From a candidate division WOR-3 bacterium (lineage in GTDB: Bacteria > Hydrothermota > Hydrothermia > Hydrothermales > JAJRUZ01): a stretch of 64,000 nucleotides of DNA. The notes beneath the pieces were generated by a model. That model was not told where the DNA came from, ran no database searches, and saw only the letters and a program-made list of their open reading frames with translations. The stretch is from the NCBI GenBank assembly GCA_039804025.1, contig JBDRZP010000002.1:4704-68703 (forward strand), written 5' to 3'. Both the position numbers and the translations under genes were made by a program. Shown piece by piece: positions 16,578 to 26,891 of this stretch (positions are counted from its first letter, which is position 1; every line of letters begins with the position of its first letter).

Positions 16578-17948
16578 ATGAAAATTTTCAATACTATAAG
16601 TAAAAAAATTGAAAATTTTATTCCCTTGGAGGAGGGAAAGGTCAAATTTTATTTCTGTGGAATGACTGTCCAGGATTCACCACACCTTGGCCATTTAAGA
16701 GCATTTCTATGTGCTGATATTCTTGTAAGGTTCTTAGAATACAAAGGTTATAAAATTAAATTTGTTTTAAATATTACTGATATTGATGATAAGATTATTC
16801 AGAAGGCAATTAAAGAGGGAAAAGATTTTAGGGAAATAGCAGAAAGATATGAAAGGGAATTTTTTGAAGTTAGTGAAAAGATTAATTTAAGAAAAGCTGA
16901 TATTTACCCAAGAGCAACTCAACATATAACTGAAATTTCCGAAATTATAAAAAAATTACTGAATAAGAAGCTTGCTTATGAATCTGAGGGAAATATATGG
17001 TATGATGTTTCAGAATTTGATGAATATGGAAAATTGTCGGGTAAACCCTTAGAGGAACTTGAAAAAGGAGCAAGGGTTGAACCGGACCCAACAAAGAAGG
17101 ACCCCCTTGATTTTTCTTTATGGAAAAAGAGAAAAGAAAATGAGCCCTTCTTTTATTCACCCTTTGGAGAAGGTAGACCCGGATGGCATATAGAGTGTTC
17201 TGCAATGAGTATGAAACACCTTGGTGAAACAATTGATATCCATGGAGGAGGCGAAGATTTAATATTTCCACATCATGAAAATGAAATTGCTCAGAGTAAA
17301 GGAGCAACCGGTAAAGAATTTGCAAGATACTGGTTTCACACAGGATTACTGAGAATGAAAGGTGAAAAAATGAGTAAATCAACTGGACTTTTTTTCAGAG
17401 CAATTGATGCTCTCAAAAGATATCACCCTGATGTTTTGAGATACTTTTTATTAAAAGCCCACTATAGATCACCACTTGAATATGATGAAAATTCTCTTGA
17501 AGAAGCAAAAAAGTCATGGGATAAAATAAAAGATGTTATTTTTAAAGGGGAAAATAAAGAATTAGAGGGCTTTTCACCTCCAATTAGGGAATATTTAAAA
17601 AAATTTGAATCAGCACTTGAAGAGGATTTAAATACCCCTAAAGTTTTTGCAATTTTACATGAGTTAAAAAATTTAGCTAATAAACTCTATGAGGAGGGTA
17701 AAGAAGAATTTTTCGAAGTAAAAAATTTAATGATTTTTATACTTAAAATTTTAGGTTTTAAACTGGATGAGGAAAAAATTAATTCTTCCCTTTTAAATAA
17801 CCTTCTTTCAACAATAATTGAAATAAGACAATTGCTTAGAGAAGAAAAAATTTTTCATTTAAGTGATAAAATAAGGGAAAAATTAAAAAATTTTGGAATA
17901 GAACTTTTAGATACAAAAAAGGGAACAGAATATAAAATTTTAAAATAA
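16578..17948 (+). CDS. cysS: Cysteine--tRNA ligase
   Basis: HIGH-like motif PHLGHLRAF and KMSKS motif; zinc-binding Cys residues. The true start is probably Met16 of the listed ORF ([10 protein letters not shown]... at 16578), by homology to CysRS N-termini. Confidence 0.9.
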   Translation: MKIFNTISKKIENFIPLEEGKVKFYFCGMTVQDSPHLGHLRAFLCADILVRFLEYKGYKIKFVLNITDIDDKIIQKAIKEGKDFREIAERYEREFFEVSEKINLRKADIYPRATQHITEISEIIKKLLNKKLAYESEGNIWYDVSEFDEYGKLSGKPLEELEKGARVEPDPTKKDPLDFSLWKKRKENEPFFYSPFGEGRPGWHIECSAMSMKHLGETIDIHGGGEDLIFPHHENEIAQSKGATGKEFARYWFHTGLLRMKGEKMSKSTGLFFRAIDALKRYHPDVLRYFLLKAHYRSPLEYDENSLEEAKKSWDKIKDVIFKGENKELEGFSPPIREYLKKFESALEEDLNTPKVFAILHELKNLANKLYEEGKEEFFEVKNLMIFILKILGFKLDEEKINSSLLNNLLSTIIEIRQLLREEKIFHLSDKIREKLKNFGIELLDTKKGTEYKILK

Positions 17949-17949
17949 T

Positions 17950-19092
17950 TTAGAGAAGTTCTCTTAAATATAAACCGAGCTCTTCTCTCTTTACACTCTC
18001 TGCCCATCTTTTTCCCTCTTCTCCCATCTTCTTTGCAATAGAAGGATTTCTGAGTAAATAGATAATTTTCTCTTTAAGCTCATCTTCATCTCTCGGGTTA
18101 ACTAAAAAACCTGTAACTCCATTAATTATTGCATCCTTACATCCACCCTCCCCTCCTATAACAGGTTTACCAAAAAAAGAAGCCTCCAAGAAAACAAGTC
18201 CAAAACCCTCACCCAAAATACCCTTATAATTTTTCTCAACCCTTGAAGGCATTACAAATAAATCACATATTGAATACCATGCATAAAGCTCATCATCAGA
18301 AATTTCTCCTTTAAAAATAACACTTTCTCCCAATCCTAAAGATTTAGCCATCTCTTCATAATAACTTTTTAAACCCCCACCACCGATTACTATATAAACC
18401 GATTCTGGAATTTCTTCCTTGACTTTTTTAAAACTTCTTATTGTTAAATCAACTCCCTTATACCTGTTAAACTTTTCTAATCTTGCAACAGTTAAAATAA
18501 CCTTTTTCCCGCTAACTTCCCTTGAAACTTTTTCAACCATTTCTCTTGAGGGATACTTAATTTCTGGTAATGGATGCCTAATTTTTTTTATCTTTTCTTC
18601 AGAAACAAATCTCTTTAAATAATCTTCTGAAAATTTGCTTATTGTTATAACATAATTTGCAAAATTCAAAATATTCTTTATTAACCAGAATCTTCTTTTA
18701 TCCATAACTTCAATTGCATGTGTCCATTGTATGTATGGAACTTTTAAAATTTTTTTTAAAATAAATGCAGAAATACCACTTAAAACATGCCCTGAATGTA
18801 TAACTATTTTTTTCTCTTTATTTTTTAAAACTTCTAAAAAAAGAGAAAAGGTTAAAGAAAAAATAAATAAAAAAAGCCTTAATTTTTTTGGCAAAAAATA
18901 AAAAAATTTATTCAACCTTTTAATTTTATAATTTTGATTAAAATCAAATACTTCTGAACCTTTAAAATAGGGGGCAATTACAGTAAGTGAGTCTGAAGGA
19001 AATGTCCCATATATTGAAGAAAGACATCTTGAAATACCTCCTCTAAAAGGTGGATATTCAGGTGTTATCAATATATAGTGTTTTTTTTCCAT
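17950..19092 (-). CDS. Glycosyltransferase family 4 (GT4/GT1-fold)
   Basis: The C-terminal motif EGFGLVFLEASFFGKPVIGGEGGCKDAIINGVTGFLV is the GT4 E-x7-E donor-binding region. Confidence 0.75.
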   Translation of the reverse strand: MEKKHYILITPEYPPFRGGISRCLSSIYGTFPSDSLTVIAPYFKGSEVFDFNQNYKIKRLNKFFYFLPKKLRLFLFIFSLTFSLFLEVLKNKEKKIVIHSGHVLSGISAFILKKILKVPYIQWTHAIEVMDKRRFWLIKNILNFANYVITISKFSEDYLKRFVSEEKIKKIRHPLPEIKYPSREMVEKVSREVSGKKVILTVARLEKFNRYKGVDLTIRSFKKVKEEIPESVYIVIGGGGLKSYYEEMAKSLGLGESVIFKGEISDDELYAWYSICDLFVMPSRVEKNYKGILGEGFGLVFLEASFFGKPVIGGEGGCKDAIINGVTGFLVNPRDEDELKEKIIYLLRNPSIAKKMGEEGKRWAESVKREELGLYLRELL

Positions 19093-19117
19093 TTTTTTAT
19101 TATAATATATAACTCTT

Positions 19118-19954
19118 ATGATTTTAATAATAATTTTTACCTACTATGCTCTTGAATTTCTAAAGGAATTACCCGATGCAAAAGGAGTATCACTTGGTTT
19201 TTCTAATATCTCAGAAAATAATATTAACTTAACACCCTTAAATCCCTCCTTAATACCCGATTTTATAAGCTTAAATTTTGGAACCCAAAACTTTGCACTT
19301 TTAGCAAATTACTATCTTTTTGGATTTTCTCTTCCCTTTAAAAATATTAAAACAGGTTTTTTATGGATAAGAACCCAGATTGATGAAATCCCAGAATACC
19401 CTTTCTTAGAAGAAAATGATACTATCCCTAAATTAAAAACAGGTGAATTTTCAAGTATTGAAGAAGCCTTTTTAATTCCTTTTAAGTTTAAAAATTTAAA
19501 TCTTGCTTTCCAGTTTAAAATTATTAATAAAAGATTTAAGGATTTAAAAGGAAAGGGAATAGGTTTTGACCTTGGCTTTAAAAAAGATTTTAAATTAAAA
19601 GGAATAAACACTTATCTTGGGATTTCTTTACTTGACCCCTTTGGAACTAAAATTTTATGGAACAGAGGAAGTGAAGATAAAGAAAATATTAAAATCTTAA
19701 CTTTCTTAACCTTTAAAAAAAATTTAAAATTTATAAGTCTCGCATTATCAGGTAAGATTGGATATGATATAGAACTTCTTTATTCATCAGGAATGGAAAT
19801 AAAAATTAAGGATATTTTCTCAATACTTGCAGGTTATGATAGAGAACCAAGATTCGGAGCCGGTCTTGTCTTTAAAAATTTTGAAATATACTATTCCTTG
19901 AGAATTCATGAACTTGGTCTCATAGAAGTAATAAACCTTTCTATAAAAAAATGA
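19118..19954 (+). CDS. Hypothetical beta-rich protein, possible OM beta-barrel linked to the T9SS cargo locus (PorP/SprF-like is speculative)
   Basis: 278 aa with amphipathic alternating strands (GIGFDLGFKKDF, GAGLVFKNFEIYYSL). Its stop overlaps the next gene. No motif-level match was recognised. Confidence 0.3.
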   Translation: MILIIIFTYYALEFLKELPDAKGVSLGFSNISENNINLTPLNPSLIPDFISLNFGTQNFALLANYYLFGFSLPFKNIKTGFLWIRTQIDEIPEYPFLEENDTIPKLKTGEFSSIEEAFLIPFKFKNLNLAFQFKIINKRFKDLKGKGIGFDLGFKKDFKLKGINTYLGISLLDPFGTKILWNRGSEDKENIKILTFLTFKKNLKFISLALSGKIGYDIELLYSSGMEIKIKDIFSILAGYDREPRFGAGLVFKNFEIYYSLRIHELGLIEVINLSIKK

Positions 19955-21273
19955 TTTTATTTTTATTTTTATTTTTATTTTTAAACTTTTCCTCAGATTC
20001 CCTTTTATATTCAAAGTATGTAAGTGGACATTATTTTTTAACTGATAATAAAAATTTTAGTGCTGCTGAAAAAAATGGTTATGCCTTTTTAGTTTTTACA
20101 GGTTATCCCCATTACCTAAACTCTGATATTTATTATATTTTAAGAACACCAACTACAACTTTCATAGATACACCAATCAAAATTTTTGAAGACCCTCCTT
20201 CAACAAGACCACCTTACGATGGTTCCCCTGTTCTTGTTATAGATTCTTCTTACAATTTCAAACTACATATTTTCTGGAATTCAGAAAGAAATTTAGGAGG
20301 ATACCCCTTCTGGTGGCAAACTGATATATTTTATTCTTACTCTTTACCCCCTTATATATATTTCCCTGGTATTGAAAATATATCCAGGGATACAAATTCC
20401 TTTGATCTTTTTCCCAGTGCCACCTGTGACCTTGATAATAGAATCTATGTTGTATACTGGAAAATAAAAGAGTGGGAAGAAAGCATTTATTTAGCAGAGA
20501 GAGATAATTTTGGTAACTGGATAAATAAGAAAATAACCAATGAAAATGAGTTAGCAGAAAATCCCCTTATAATAACTTTAAAGAATAATGATAAGGTGAT
20601 ATTTTACTATGAAGCAATATCAAAAAAAATTTTAGCAAGGAAATTTAAAAATAACATTTTTCAGGGACCCTTTGAAATTGCAAGAGGATATAACTATTCT
20701 GTGAATTTTACCGGTATTGAATTATATATAACTTACATAAGGAATGATTCACTTTTTTTAAAAATAACAGATTACAGTTTCAATACAAAAAATAATTTAT
20801 TTTTAGATAAAGGAGAAGGTTTTTACCTTAAAAACCCATCATCAATTTTCTTTTTTGATACCCTTTTTATTTTTTATGAAAAGGGAAATAACATAAATAG
20901 TGATATTTATCTTATAAAATACAAAAATCCTTTAATAGAAAAAAATTTATTTGTCACTTCTCTTGGAAAAAATGAAATCCCGATACCCCTTATAACCTCA
21001 GAAGGTGAATTTTTTGTTTTTTTTCAAAGCGATAGAAGTAAATATACAGGAACACTTCCCTATGGCTTGAGTCATATATATTTTAAAAAGAAGACCTTTG
21101 CTTATACCATTAAAAGAGATAAAAGGAAATTTCTAACTTTTTCATTACCCACTGATAAAAAAGAAATAGAAATCTATAATATTTCAGGAAGAAAAATTAA
21201 AGGAAAATTTAAAGATGGAATTTATTTTTTAAAAAATAAAAAAGGAGAAAAGTTTAAATGTATCTTGTTTTAA
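19951..21273 (+). CDS. Secreted PD40/TolB-like beta-propeller repeat protein with a T9SS-like C-terminal tail
   Basis: The hydrophobic N-terminus MILFLFLFLFLNF is encoded by an (ATTTTT)n repeat. The PD40-like repeat FFVFFQSDRSKYTGTLPYGLSHIYF is present. The C-terminus is EIEIYNISGRKIKG...DGIYFLKN...CILF. Confidence 0.4.
   Translation: MILFLFLFLFLNFSSDSLLYSKYVSGHYFLTDNKNFSAAEKNGYAFLVFTGYPHYLNSDIYYILRTPTTTFIDTPIKIFEDPPSTRPPYDGSPVLVIDSSYNFKLHIFWNSERNLGGYPFWWQTDIFYSYSLPPYIYFPGIENISRDTNSFDLFPSATCDLDNRIYVVYWKIKEWEESIYLAERDNFGNWINKKITNENELAENPLIITLKNNDKVIFYYEAISKKILARKFKNNIFQGPFEIARGYNYSVNFTGIELYITYIRNDSLFLKITDYSFNTKNNLFLDKGEGFYLKNPSSIFFFDTLFIFYEKGNNINSDIYLIKYKNPLIEKNLFVTSLGKNEIPIPLITSEGEFFVFFQSDRSKYTGTLPYGLSHIYFKKKTFAYTIKRDKRKFLTFSLPTDKKEIEIYNISGRKIKGKFKDGIYFLKNKKGEKFKCILF
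19954..19982 (+). repeat. Hexanucleotide tandem repeat (ATTTTT) x about 4.8
   Basis: atttt-attttt-attttt-attttt-attttt spans the stop of the 19118-19954 gene and codons 2-10 of the 19951-21273 gene (MILFLFLFLFL). Confidence 0.8.
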
Positions 21274-24200
21274 TAATTTTCTTAAAAACAGGAATTTTTC
21301 TTATCAATGATAACATAAGGGATAAAATTAAAATATATAGAGAAGGATACTTTGGACCTTATAAAATAGCAATTGGAGAATCTAATTTTAATTTTGAAAA
21401 AAATTTTACTATCTCAAAGAATCTTGATTTCTATGGAAATATTTTAAAAAAATTAGCCTTAAATCCTTCATATATTGAAGAGGCTAAAAATGTAAATCTG
21501 ACAAATTTTTTAGAAACTGACACACCCTTAAATTTACCTAAAAATTTAGTTTTAATTTATACAAAAGAGGAAGGACTTTACTCAATAAAGGGGTATATGT
21601 TATCTTCAAAAGGAATAAATCTTGATACAGTTAATCCAGATTACATAACAATTTTAGGAAAAGAGGGAAAATTACCTATTATAACAAAAGGTTTAAATGA
21701 TGGTAAATTTGATCCTTTTGATGAAATAATTTTTTATGCAAAAAGATTGCAAAGTATAAACTCCTTTTATGACCTTTATTCCTTTGAAAATACCTATATT
21801 CTTTTCTTTAACAGAAATCCGAAAGTGGAAATACCAGAAGAAGATGCAAAACCAGATAATGATACTTCATATATAAATAGTGGAATTTTCAAATTTCATT
21901 TTGAAGAGGAAAGATATTTTCCTGATCTTGACCCTGCTCATTCAGATACAGAGGATATATGGTTTTTTAGATATTTAACAAAATTAAAAGAAGAAACTCT
22001 AAAAATAAAGATTCCTTTAGCAATTGATTCTAATATTTATAAATTAAAACTTAATTTTGATTCAGAAGAAACTCAAAGTTCTGACTGGATACATAAAATT
22101 TACTTAAAAATCGGAAATTACTTCATTGATAGTTTTATTTATAACTCAAGAAGTCCATATACTATTGAAGTAGAAATAAAAGGATTTATTTTAAATTCTG
22201 ATTCTTTATTCTTTATACGGGAAAAATCAGATATACCAAACTATTTGAATTATATAGAAATTGAGGGAGAATTTTTGCTTAATTCAAATAAATTAGATAA
22301 CTTAAAATTTGAATTAAAAAATATAAATAAAAACATTGTTATAAAAGGTTTCAAAAATAAACCTTTATTCTTTATAAATATAAACAAAAAAAATTACAAA
22401 AATTTTGAAATCATAAGTTATATTGAAAATGGTAAAACCTATTATGGGTTAAAGGCAAAAATAAATGAAAATTTACCCTCTTTATTTTTTGTAACAGATA
22501 AAACTTTATCACCTGATTCTATTATTTTATACAGAATAGAAAAAGATGTTAGAAAGGTAAGTGGTGCCAATGCAATAATTTTATATCATCCTGAATTTAA
22601 AGAGTTTGCTGACTCATTAGTCTTATTTCATTCATCACCCAGTGGTGGTAACTATAATATAAAAGCCTTTTCAGTTAAAGATATTTATGTTCAATTTAAC
22701 TATGGGATAAAAAGTCCCTTTGCAATAAGAAAATTCCTTAAATACTTTTATATAACAAAAGAGCCAAAATTTAATTATTTAATAATCATAGGAGACGCAA
22801 GTAAAGACCCAAGAGATATTTTAAAGGGTATAATGAAAGATAAAGTTCCAACCTTTTTGTTTCCATCAACTTTTTATCAATTCCAATCTAATGCTATATT
22901 TACAGGATTTTTCTCCTCTGATTTTTACTATTCAAACATAATAGGTGATGACCCATTTCCTGATATAGTTGTTTCAAGAATTCCAGTTCAAAATAAAATT
23001 GAAATGAAAATTATGTTAAGAAAAATAAAAGAATACTCAAAAAAAAATCCAGGAATGTGGAGAAGACATTTTATTTTAGCAACAGAGAAAAAAACAGGAC
23101 AGGGTAGTGATATATACACACAGATAAATAACTTTCTAAAATCCTTAATGAAAAAAGGAATGACTTATGTTGAACCTGATGAAAATGAAACACCTGAGAA
23201 TTTAATTAATTACCTTTCAGATGGAGCATCAATTTTTAATTTTATAGGGCATGGAGGAATACACACTTTATGGGTAAAAGGTGCATTCAGACAGGAAGAC
23301 CTCTGGGAAACTACTAATTATAAAAAATGTTATTTCTTTACAGCACTTTCATGCTGGACTGGAGAATTTGGCATGATAGATGCAAGAGCCTTTGGTGAAG
23401 AAATTCTCCTTTTACCTGAAAGAGGAGCTATTGCATCAATCTCCTTATCGGGAAGTGGAAAAGAACCAGGAAATTTAAACTTTGATATAAGTTCTGATTA
23501 TACAAAATCAATTTTTATAGGTTATTTAAGAAATTCAATAAATAAAATCGGGGACCTTGTTCTTTACTCAAGAATGTATTTACTGTCAAGATTCTCAATT
23601 CTTGATAAATTTGTTGAAACAACTTTAAAAACATCAAATTTACTCGGAGACCCGCTGTTAGATTTACCTGAATTAGAAGAAGTAAATGTTAAATCCGATA
23701 AGAATTACTATAATCCTTCAGACAGCGCTCTTATTTATGTTCAAAATCCACAAATTGTTTCAGGAAGTTCAGCTTGGGAAGTAATCTATAAAAATTTAAA
23801 GGATGATATAATTTTAAGAGAATTATATACAAAAGCCTTTGATAATGGGGAGATAAAAATTAAATTTCAAATTCCTCAAACAATTACAAGGGCGAAAGCA
23901 GAAATAAACCTTTATGCCTTTGGTTTAAACCCCTTTAAAGAAATAATTTCAAAGGGAAACTTCAGTGTAAAAATATTAAATGTTGATTCAATATATTTTA
24001 AACCTGACATTTACTCAGAAGATACCTTTAGAGTCTATGCAAACTTAAGTGCTTCTTATCCTCTTAAATCCTGTGAATTATGGTATTCTATGAATGATAC
24101 CTTAAATCCACAAAATTTAATCAGAGTTACAATGTCAAGAATAAGTAGAAATACTTTCAAAACAAATATAACTCTTCCGCCTTTTAGTAGAAAATATTTC

Positions 24201-25574
24201 CACTATGCATTTATTGCAACTGACACCTTCTTTAATAGCCACTTTTCCGATACTCTCTATTTAAAAAATAAAACTTTAGCTGACCTTGTTTTAAAAAAGA
24301 ACTTAATAAATATAACACCTTCTACAAAATTTCCTGAAATAAATTTTCCCTTTACAAATTCAGGTGGAAGGGATGCAAATAATTTTTACATTTTTTATCT
24401 AATAAAAACAGGAAGATTTTTTAAAAAAGACTCTGTTTTTATAAATACCTTTAAATCACATGAAACACAAATTCTAAAAATTCCTCTTCCCTGCACCACC
24501 TATTACAGCTATAAAATAATTCTTGATTATAAAAATAGTGTAAAAGAAATAAGTGAATTCAATAATTCAGATTCGGGTATAATAAGGAATCCTTACATAT
24601 ATGTGGATACATCAGGTTTTAAAGGTAAAATAAATTTTAAAAATTTAAAATTCAATATGGAATTTTATCCATCAAATAATTTGTCAGTATATGAGTTAAA
24701 AAAGTTAAAAAATACTTCAATAGAAGACTCTACAATAAAAATTATAGGAATAAAAGAGAATAACAAAAAGGATACAATTGGTAAATTTATTTTTGAAAAT
24801 ATTAATGAAAAAAAGGATGTTATAATAAAAATAGATAAGGACTCCTTATGGCACAAAATTGATTATTATTATGACAGTTTAAATAATAAAATTGAGTTCT
24901 ATTTAACTCAAAAAGGTGAAATTGCCCTTTTTAATACTTATGATAATAAAGGTCCTTTAATTGAAGTTTATTATAAAAACAGAAAAATAGAGGAAGAAAA
25001 ATTCAGAATATCAAAAAATCTTGATTTAAAAATTCTTTTAAGAGACACTTCAGGAATAGACCTTATCTTTAAAAAACCAGAAATAATATTTAATAATTCA
25101 AAAATCAATTATGAAAACTCAATGATAAGAAAGGAAAAGGGAGTTATAATAAATTTAAAAGAAGGTCCATTTAAAGAAGGTATATACCCGTTAAAACTTT
25201 TAGCTTTTGATGCAATGGGAAATAAAAGTGAAAATGACTTTTTGGTTGAAGTTTTTGTGCCTTTTGATATATTATATTACGGGAACTATCCAAACCCGGC
25301 AAAAGAAGGAAAAACAATTATATTTTATGAATTAACAAAGGAAGCAGAAGAAATGGAAATAAAAATTTATACAGTTTCAGGAAGACTTATAAAGGAATTT
25401 ATAACCGATGATGAGGGAAGACCTCTTAATCTAAAGGGAAAACATAAAGTTACATGGAATTTGAGAGATTTTTATGGAAATAAGGTATCAAAGGGAATAT
25501 ATTTTTTACTATTAAAGGGTAAAAGGGGGGAAGAAAATAAAAAAATCAAAGCAAAAATTGCAGTGGGTGAATAA
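21258..25574 (+). CDS. Peptidase C25 (gingipain-family) protein with a T9SS C-terminal domain; PorU-like C-terminal signal peptidase candidate
   Basis: 1438 aa. Catalytic His in FNFIGHGGIHTLWV (His668) and Cys in FFTALSCWTGEF (Cys699) align with gingipain motifs LVNYTGHGSETAWG and FIFDVACVNGDF. The upstream LIIIGDASKDP matches LLVGDHKDIP. The C-terminal Por_Secre_tail is YPNPAKEGKTIIFYEL...IKIYTVSGRLIKEF...KVSKGIYFLLLK. Confidence 0.7.
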   Translation: MYLVLIIFLKTGIFLINDNIRDKIKIYREGYFGPYKIAIGESNFNFEKNFTISKNLDFYGNILKKLALNPSYIEEAKNVNLTNFLETDTPLNLPKNLVLIYTKEEGLYSIKGYMLSSKGINLDTVNPDYITILGKEGKLPIITKGLNDGKFDPFDEIIFYAKRLQSINSFYDLYSFENTYILFFNRNPKVEIPEEDAKPDNDTSYINSGIFKFHFEEERYFPDLDPAHSDTEDIWFFRYLTKLKEETLKIKIPLAIDSNIYKLKLNFDSEETQSSDWIHKIYLKIGNYFIDSFIYNSRSPYTIEVEIKGFILNSDSLFFIREKSDIPNYLNYIEIEGEFLLNSNKLDNLKFELKNINKNIVIKGFKNKPLFFININKKNYKNFEIISYIENGKTYYGLKAKINENLPSLFFVTDKTLSPDSIILYRIEKDVRKVSGANAIILYHPEFKEFADSLVLFHSSPSGGNYNIKAFSVKDIYVQFNYGIKSPFAIRKFLKYFYITKEPKFNYLIIIGDASKDPRDILKGIMKDKVPTFLFPSTFYQFQSNAIFTGFFSSDFYYSNIIGDDPFPDIVVSRIPVQNKIEMKIMLRKIKEYSKKNPGMWRRHFILATEKKTGQGSDIYTQINNFLKSLMKKGMTYVEPDENETPENLINYLSDGASIFNFIGHGGIHTLWVKGAFRQEDLWETTNYKKCYFFTALSCWTGEFGMIDARAFGEEILLLPERGAIASISLSGSGKEPGNLNFDISSDYTKSIFIGYLRNSINKIGDLVLYSRMYLLSRFSILDKFVETTLKTSNLLGDPLLDLPELEEVNVKSDKNYYNPSDSALIYVQNPQIVSGSSAWEVIYKNLKDDIILRELYTKAFDNGEIKIKFQIPQTITRAKAEINLYAFGLNPFKEIISKGNFSVKILNVDSIYFKPDIYSEDTFRVYANLSASYPLKSCELWYSMNDTLNPQNLIRVTMSRISRNTFKTNITLPPFSRKYFHYAFIATDTFFNSHFSDTLYLKNKTLADLVLKKNLINITPSTKFPEINFPFTNSGGRDANNFYIFYLIKTGRFFKKDSVFINTFKSHETQILKIPLPCTTYYSYKIILDYKNSVKEISEFNNSDSGIIRNPYIYVDTSGFKGKINFKNLKFNMEFYPSNNLSVYELKKLKNTSIEDSTIKIIGIKENNKKDTIGKFIFENINEKKDVIIKIDKDSLWHKIDYYYDSLNNKIEFYLTQKGEIALFNTYDNKGPLIEVYYKNRKIEEEKFRISKNLDLKILLRDTSGIDLIFKKPEIIFNNSKINYENSMIRKEKGVIINLKEGPFKEGIYPLKLLAFDAMGNKSENDFLVEVFVPFDILYYGNYPNPAKEGKTIIFYELTKEAEEMEIKIYTVSGRLIKEFITDDEGRPLNLKGKHKVTWNLRDFYGNKVSKGIYFLLLKGKRGEENKKIKAKIAVGE

Positions 25575-26371
25575 TGAAGGATTTAAAAGAATTAATTGAA
25601 AAAGAAAAAGAACCTTTAAAAAAACTCTTAACACTTGTAAAGATTTTAAGGGAAAACTGTCCCTGGGATAAGAAACAGAATTTATCTACTTATAAAAGGG
25701 AACTTCTTGAAGAGTGTTATGAGGTGATAAGTGCAATAAATTTCAATGATAGGGAAAAAATAAAGGAGGAAATGGGGGACCTTGTTTTAACAGTTTTCAT
25801 GATGCTTGACGCCATTGAAAGGGAAAACATAGAGAAAAAGGAAAATATTATACTCAATGTTGTAAAAAAAATGATTGAAAAACACCCTCATGTTTTTGGA
25901 GAAGAGAATCTTTCAGAAAAGGAATTTTTAAAGAGATGGGAAATTGAGAAGAATAAAAAAGGTCTTGATATGGAGGATAAAGTTTTCCCAGCACTCTTAA
26001 TGGCAGAAAAATTATCAAAAAGAGCAGGGAGAATAGGATTTGATTGGAATAATGCTGATGAAGTTTTTAGTAAATTAAAAGAAGAAATTGAAGAATTAAG
26101 AAATGCCATAAAAGAAAAAAGTAAGGAAGAGATAGAAGAAGAACTGGGGGATATACTTTTTGTATTAACAAATATAGGAAGACACCTTGGAATCTCAGCA
26201 GAGATAGCACTTTCAAAGGTAAACGAAAAGTTTATAAAAAGATTTAATGAAATGCTTTCAATTTCTGAAAAAGAGGGAAAAAACTTTTATAATTTGAGTA
26301 TAAAGGAAATGGATGAATTATGGGAAAAAGCAAAAAATAATTTAAAAAACAAGGAGAAAAAATATGAATAA
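25574..26371 (+). CDS. mazG: Nucleoside triphosphate pyrophosphohydrolase MazG (tandem MazG domains)
   Basis: LRENCPWDKKQNLSTYKRELLEECYEVISAI matches the MazG N-terminal consensus. A second EExxE motif (EEIEELRNAI...EEELGDILFVL) follows. Confidence 0.8.
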   Translation: MKDLKELIEKEKEPLKKLLTLVKILRENCPWDKKQNLSTYKRELLEECYEVISAINFNDREKIKEEMGDLVLTVFMMLDAIERENIEKKENIILNVVKKMIEKHPHVFGEENLSEKEFLKRWEIEKNKKGLDMEDKVFPALLMAEKLSKRAGRIGFDWNNADEVFSKLKEEIEELRNAIKEKSKEEIEEELGDILFVLTNIGRHLGISAEIALSKVNEKFIKRFNEMLSISEKEGKNFYNLSIKEMDELWEKAKNNLKNKEKKYE

Positions 26372-26891
26372 AAAATATGGAATTTATATAGATGTTCAAA
26401 ATTTACAGGCAACCTTTGAAAAATTTAATCAGAGCGTAAGATATGATAAATTCCTTGAATTCATAAAAAATAAATACGGTGAGCCCTTCAAAGCAGTCTG
26501 TTTTGTCCCCTATAATCCAGAGGACCAGCACAGAAAGAGATTGATAGATGCACTCTCCTTAATGGGTTATAGAGTTGTGACAAAACAGATAAAACATTTA
26601 CCTGACGGCTCTTTAAAAGCAAACATGGACCTTGAAATATGTCTTGAAATTGTTAAAGCCTCTGATTATTTAGAACAAATTATCCTTGTTACAGGTGATG
26701 GAGATTTTGTTCCACTTATTGAAGAACTAAATAGAAAAGGTTGCAGGGTTATAACTATAGGACCAATGAAAGGTGCAACTTCCCTTGAACTTATAAGAGT
26801 TTCTGATGAATATTACAATTTAAATGAAATAGAAGAAATAGTTATTCCAAGGGGTTCATCTCAGGAAGAAATAAAAGAAGAAATATATTGA
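26364..26891 (+). CDS. NYN-domain (LabA-like, PIN-fold) protein
   Basis: YIDVQNL at the N-terminus and GDGDFVPLIEEL, typical of COG1432/NYN predicted RNases. Confidence 0.65.
   Translation: MNKKYGIYIDVQNLQATFEKFNQSVRYDKFLEFIKNKYGEPFKAVCFVPYNPEDQHRKRLIDALSLMGYRVVTKQIKHLPDGSLKANMDLEICLEIVKASDYLEQIILVTGDGDFVPLIEELNRKGCRVITIGPMKGATSLELIRVSDEYYNLNEIEEIVIPRGSSQEEIKEEIY

Noticed and set aside
19820-20014. 64-aa minus-strand ORF with an IKIKIKIK repeat
   Set aside because: It is the reverse-complement reading of the (ATTTTT)n tract and adjacent coding sequence. It is an artefact of the tandem repeat, not a gene.
21258-25574. Calling the C25 protein a gingipain-type virulence protease
   Set aside because: The catalytic dyad is in the middle of the protein (His668/Cys699), not near the N-terminus. 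There is no haemagglutinin or adhesin repeat region, and the organism is clearly not a Porphyromonas-like host-associated bacterium. The PorU-like sortase interpretation is preferred but unproven.
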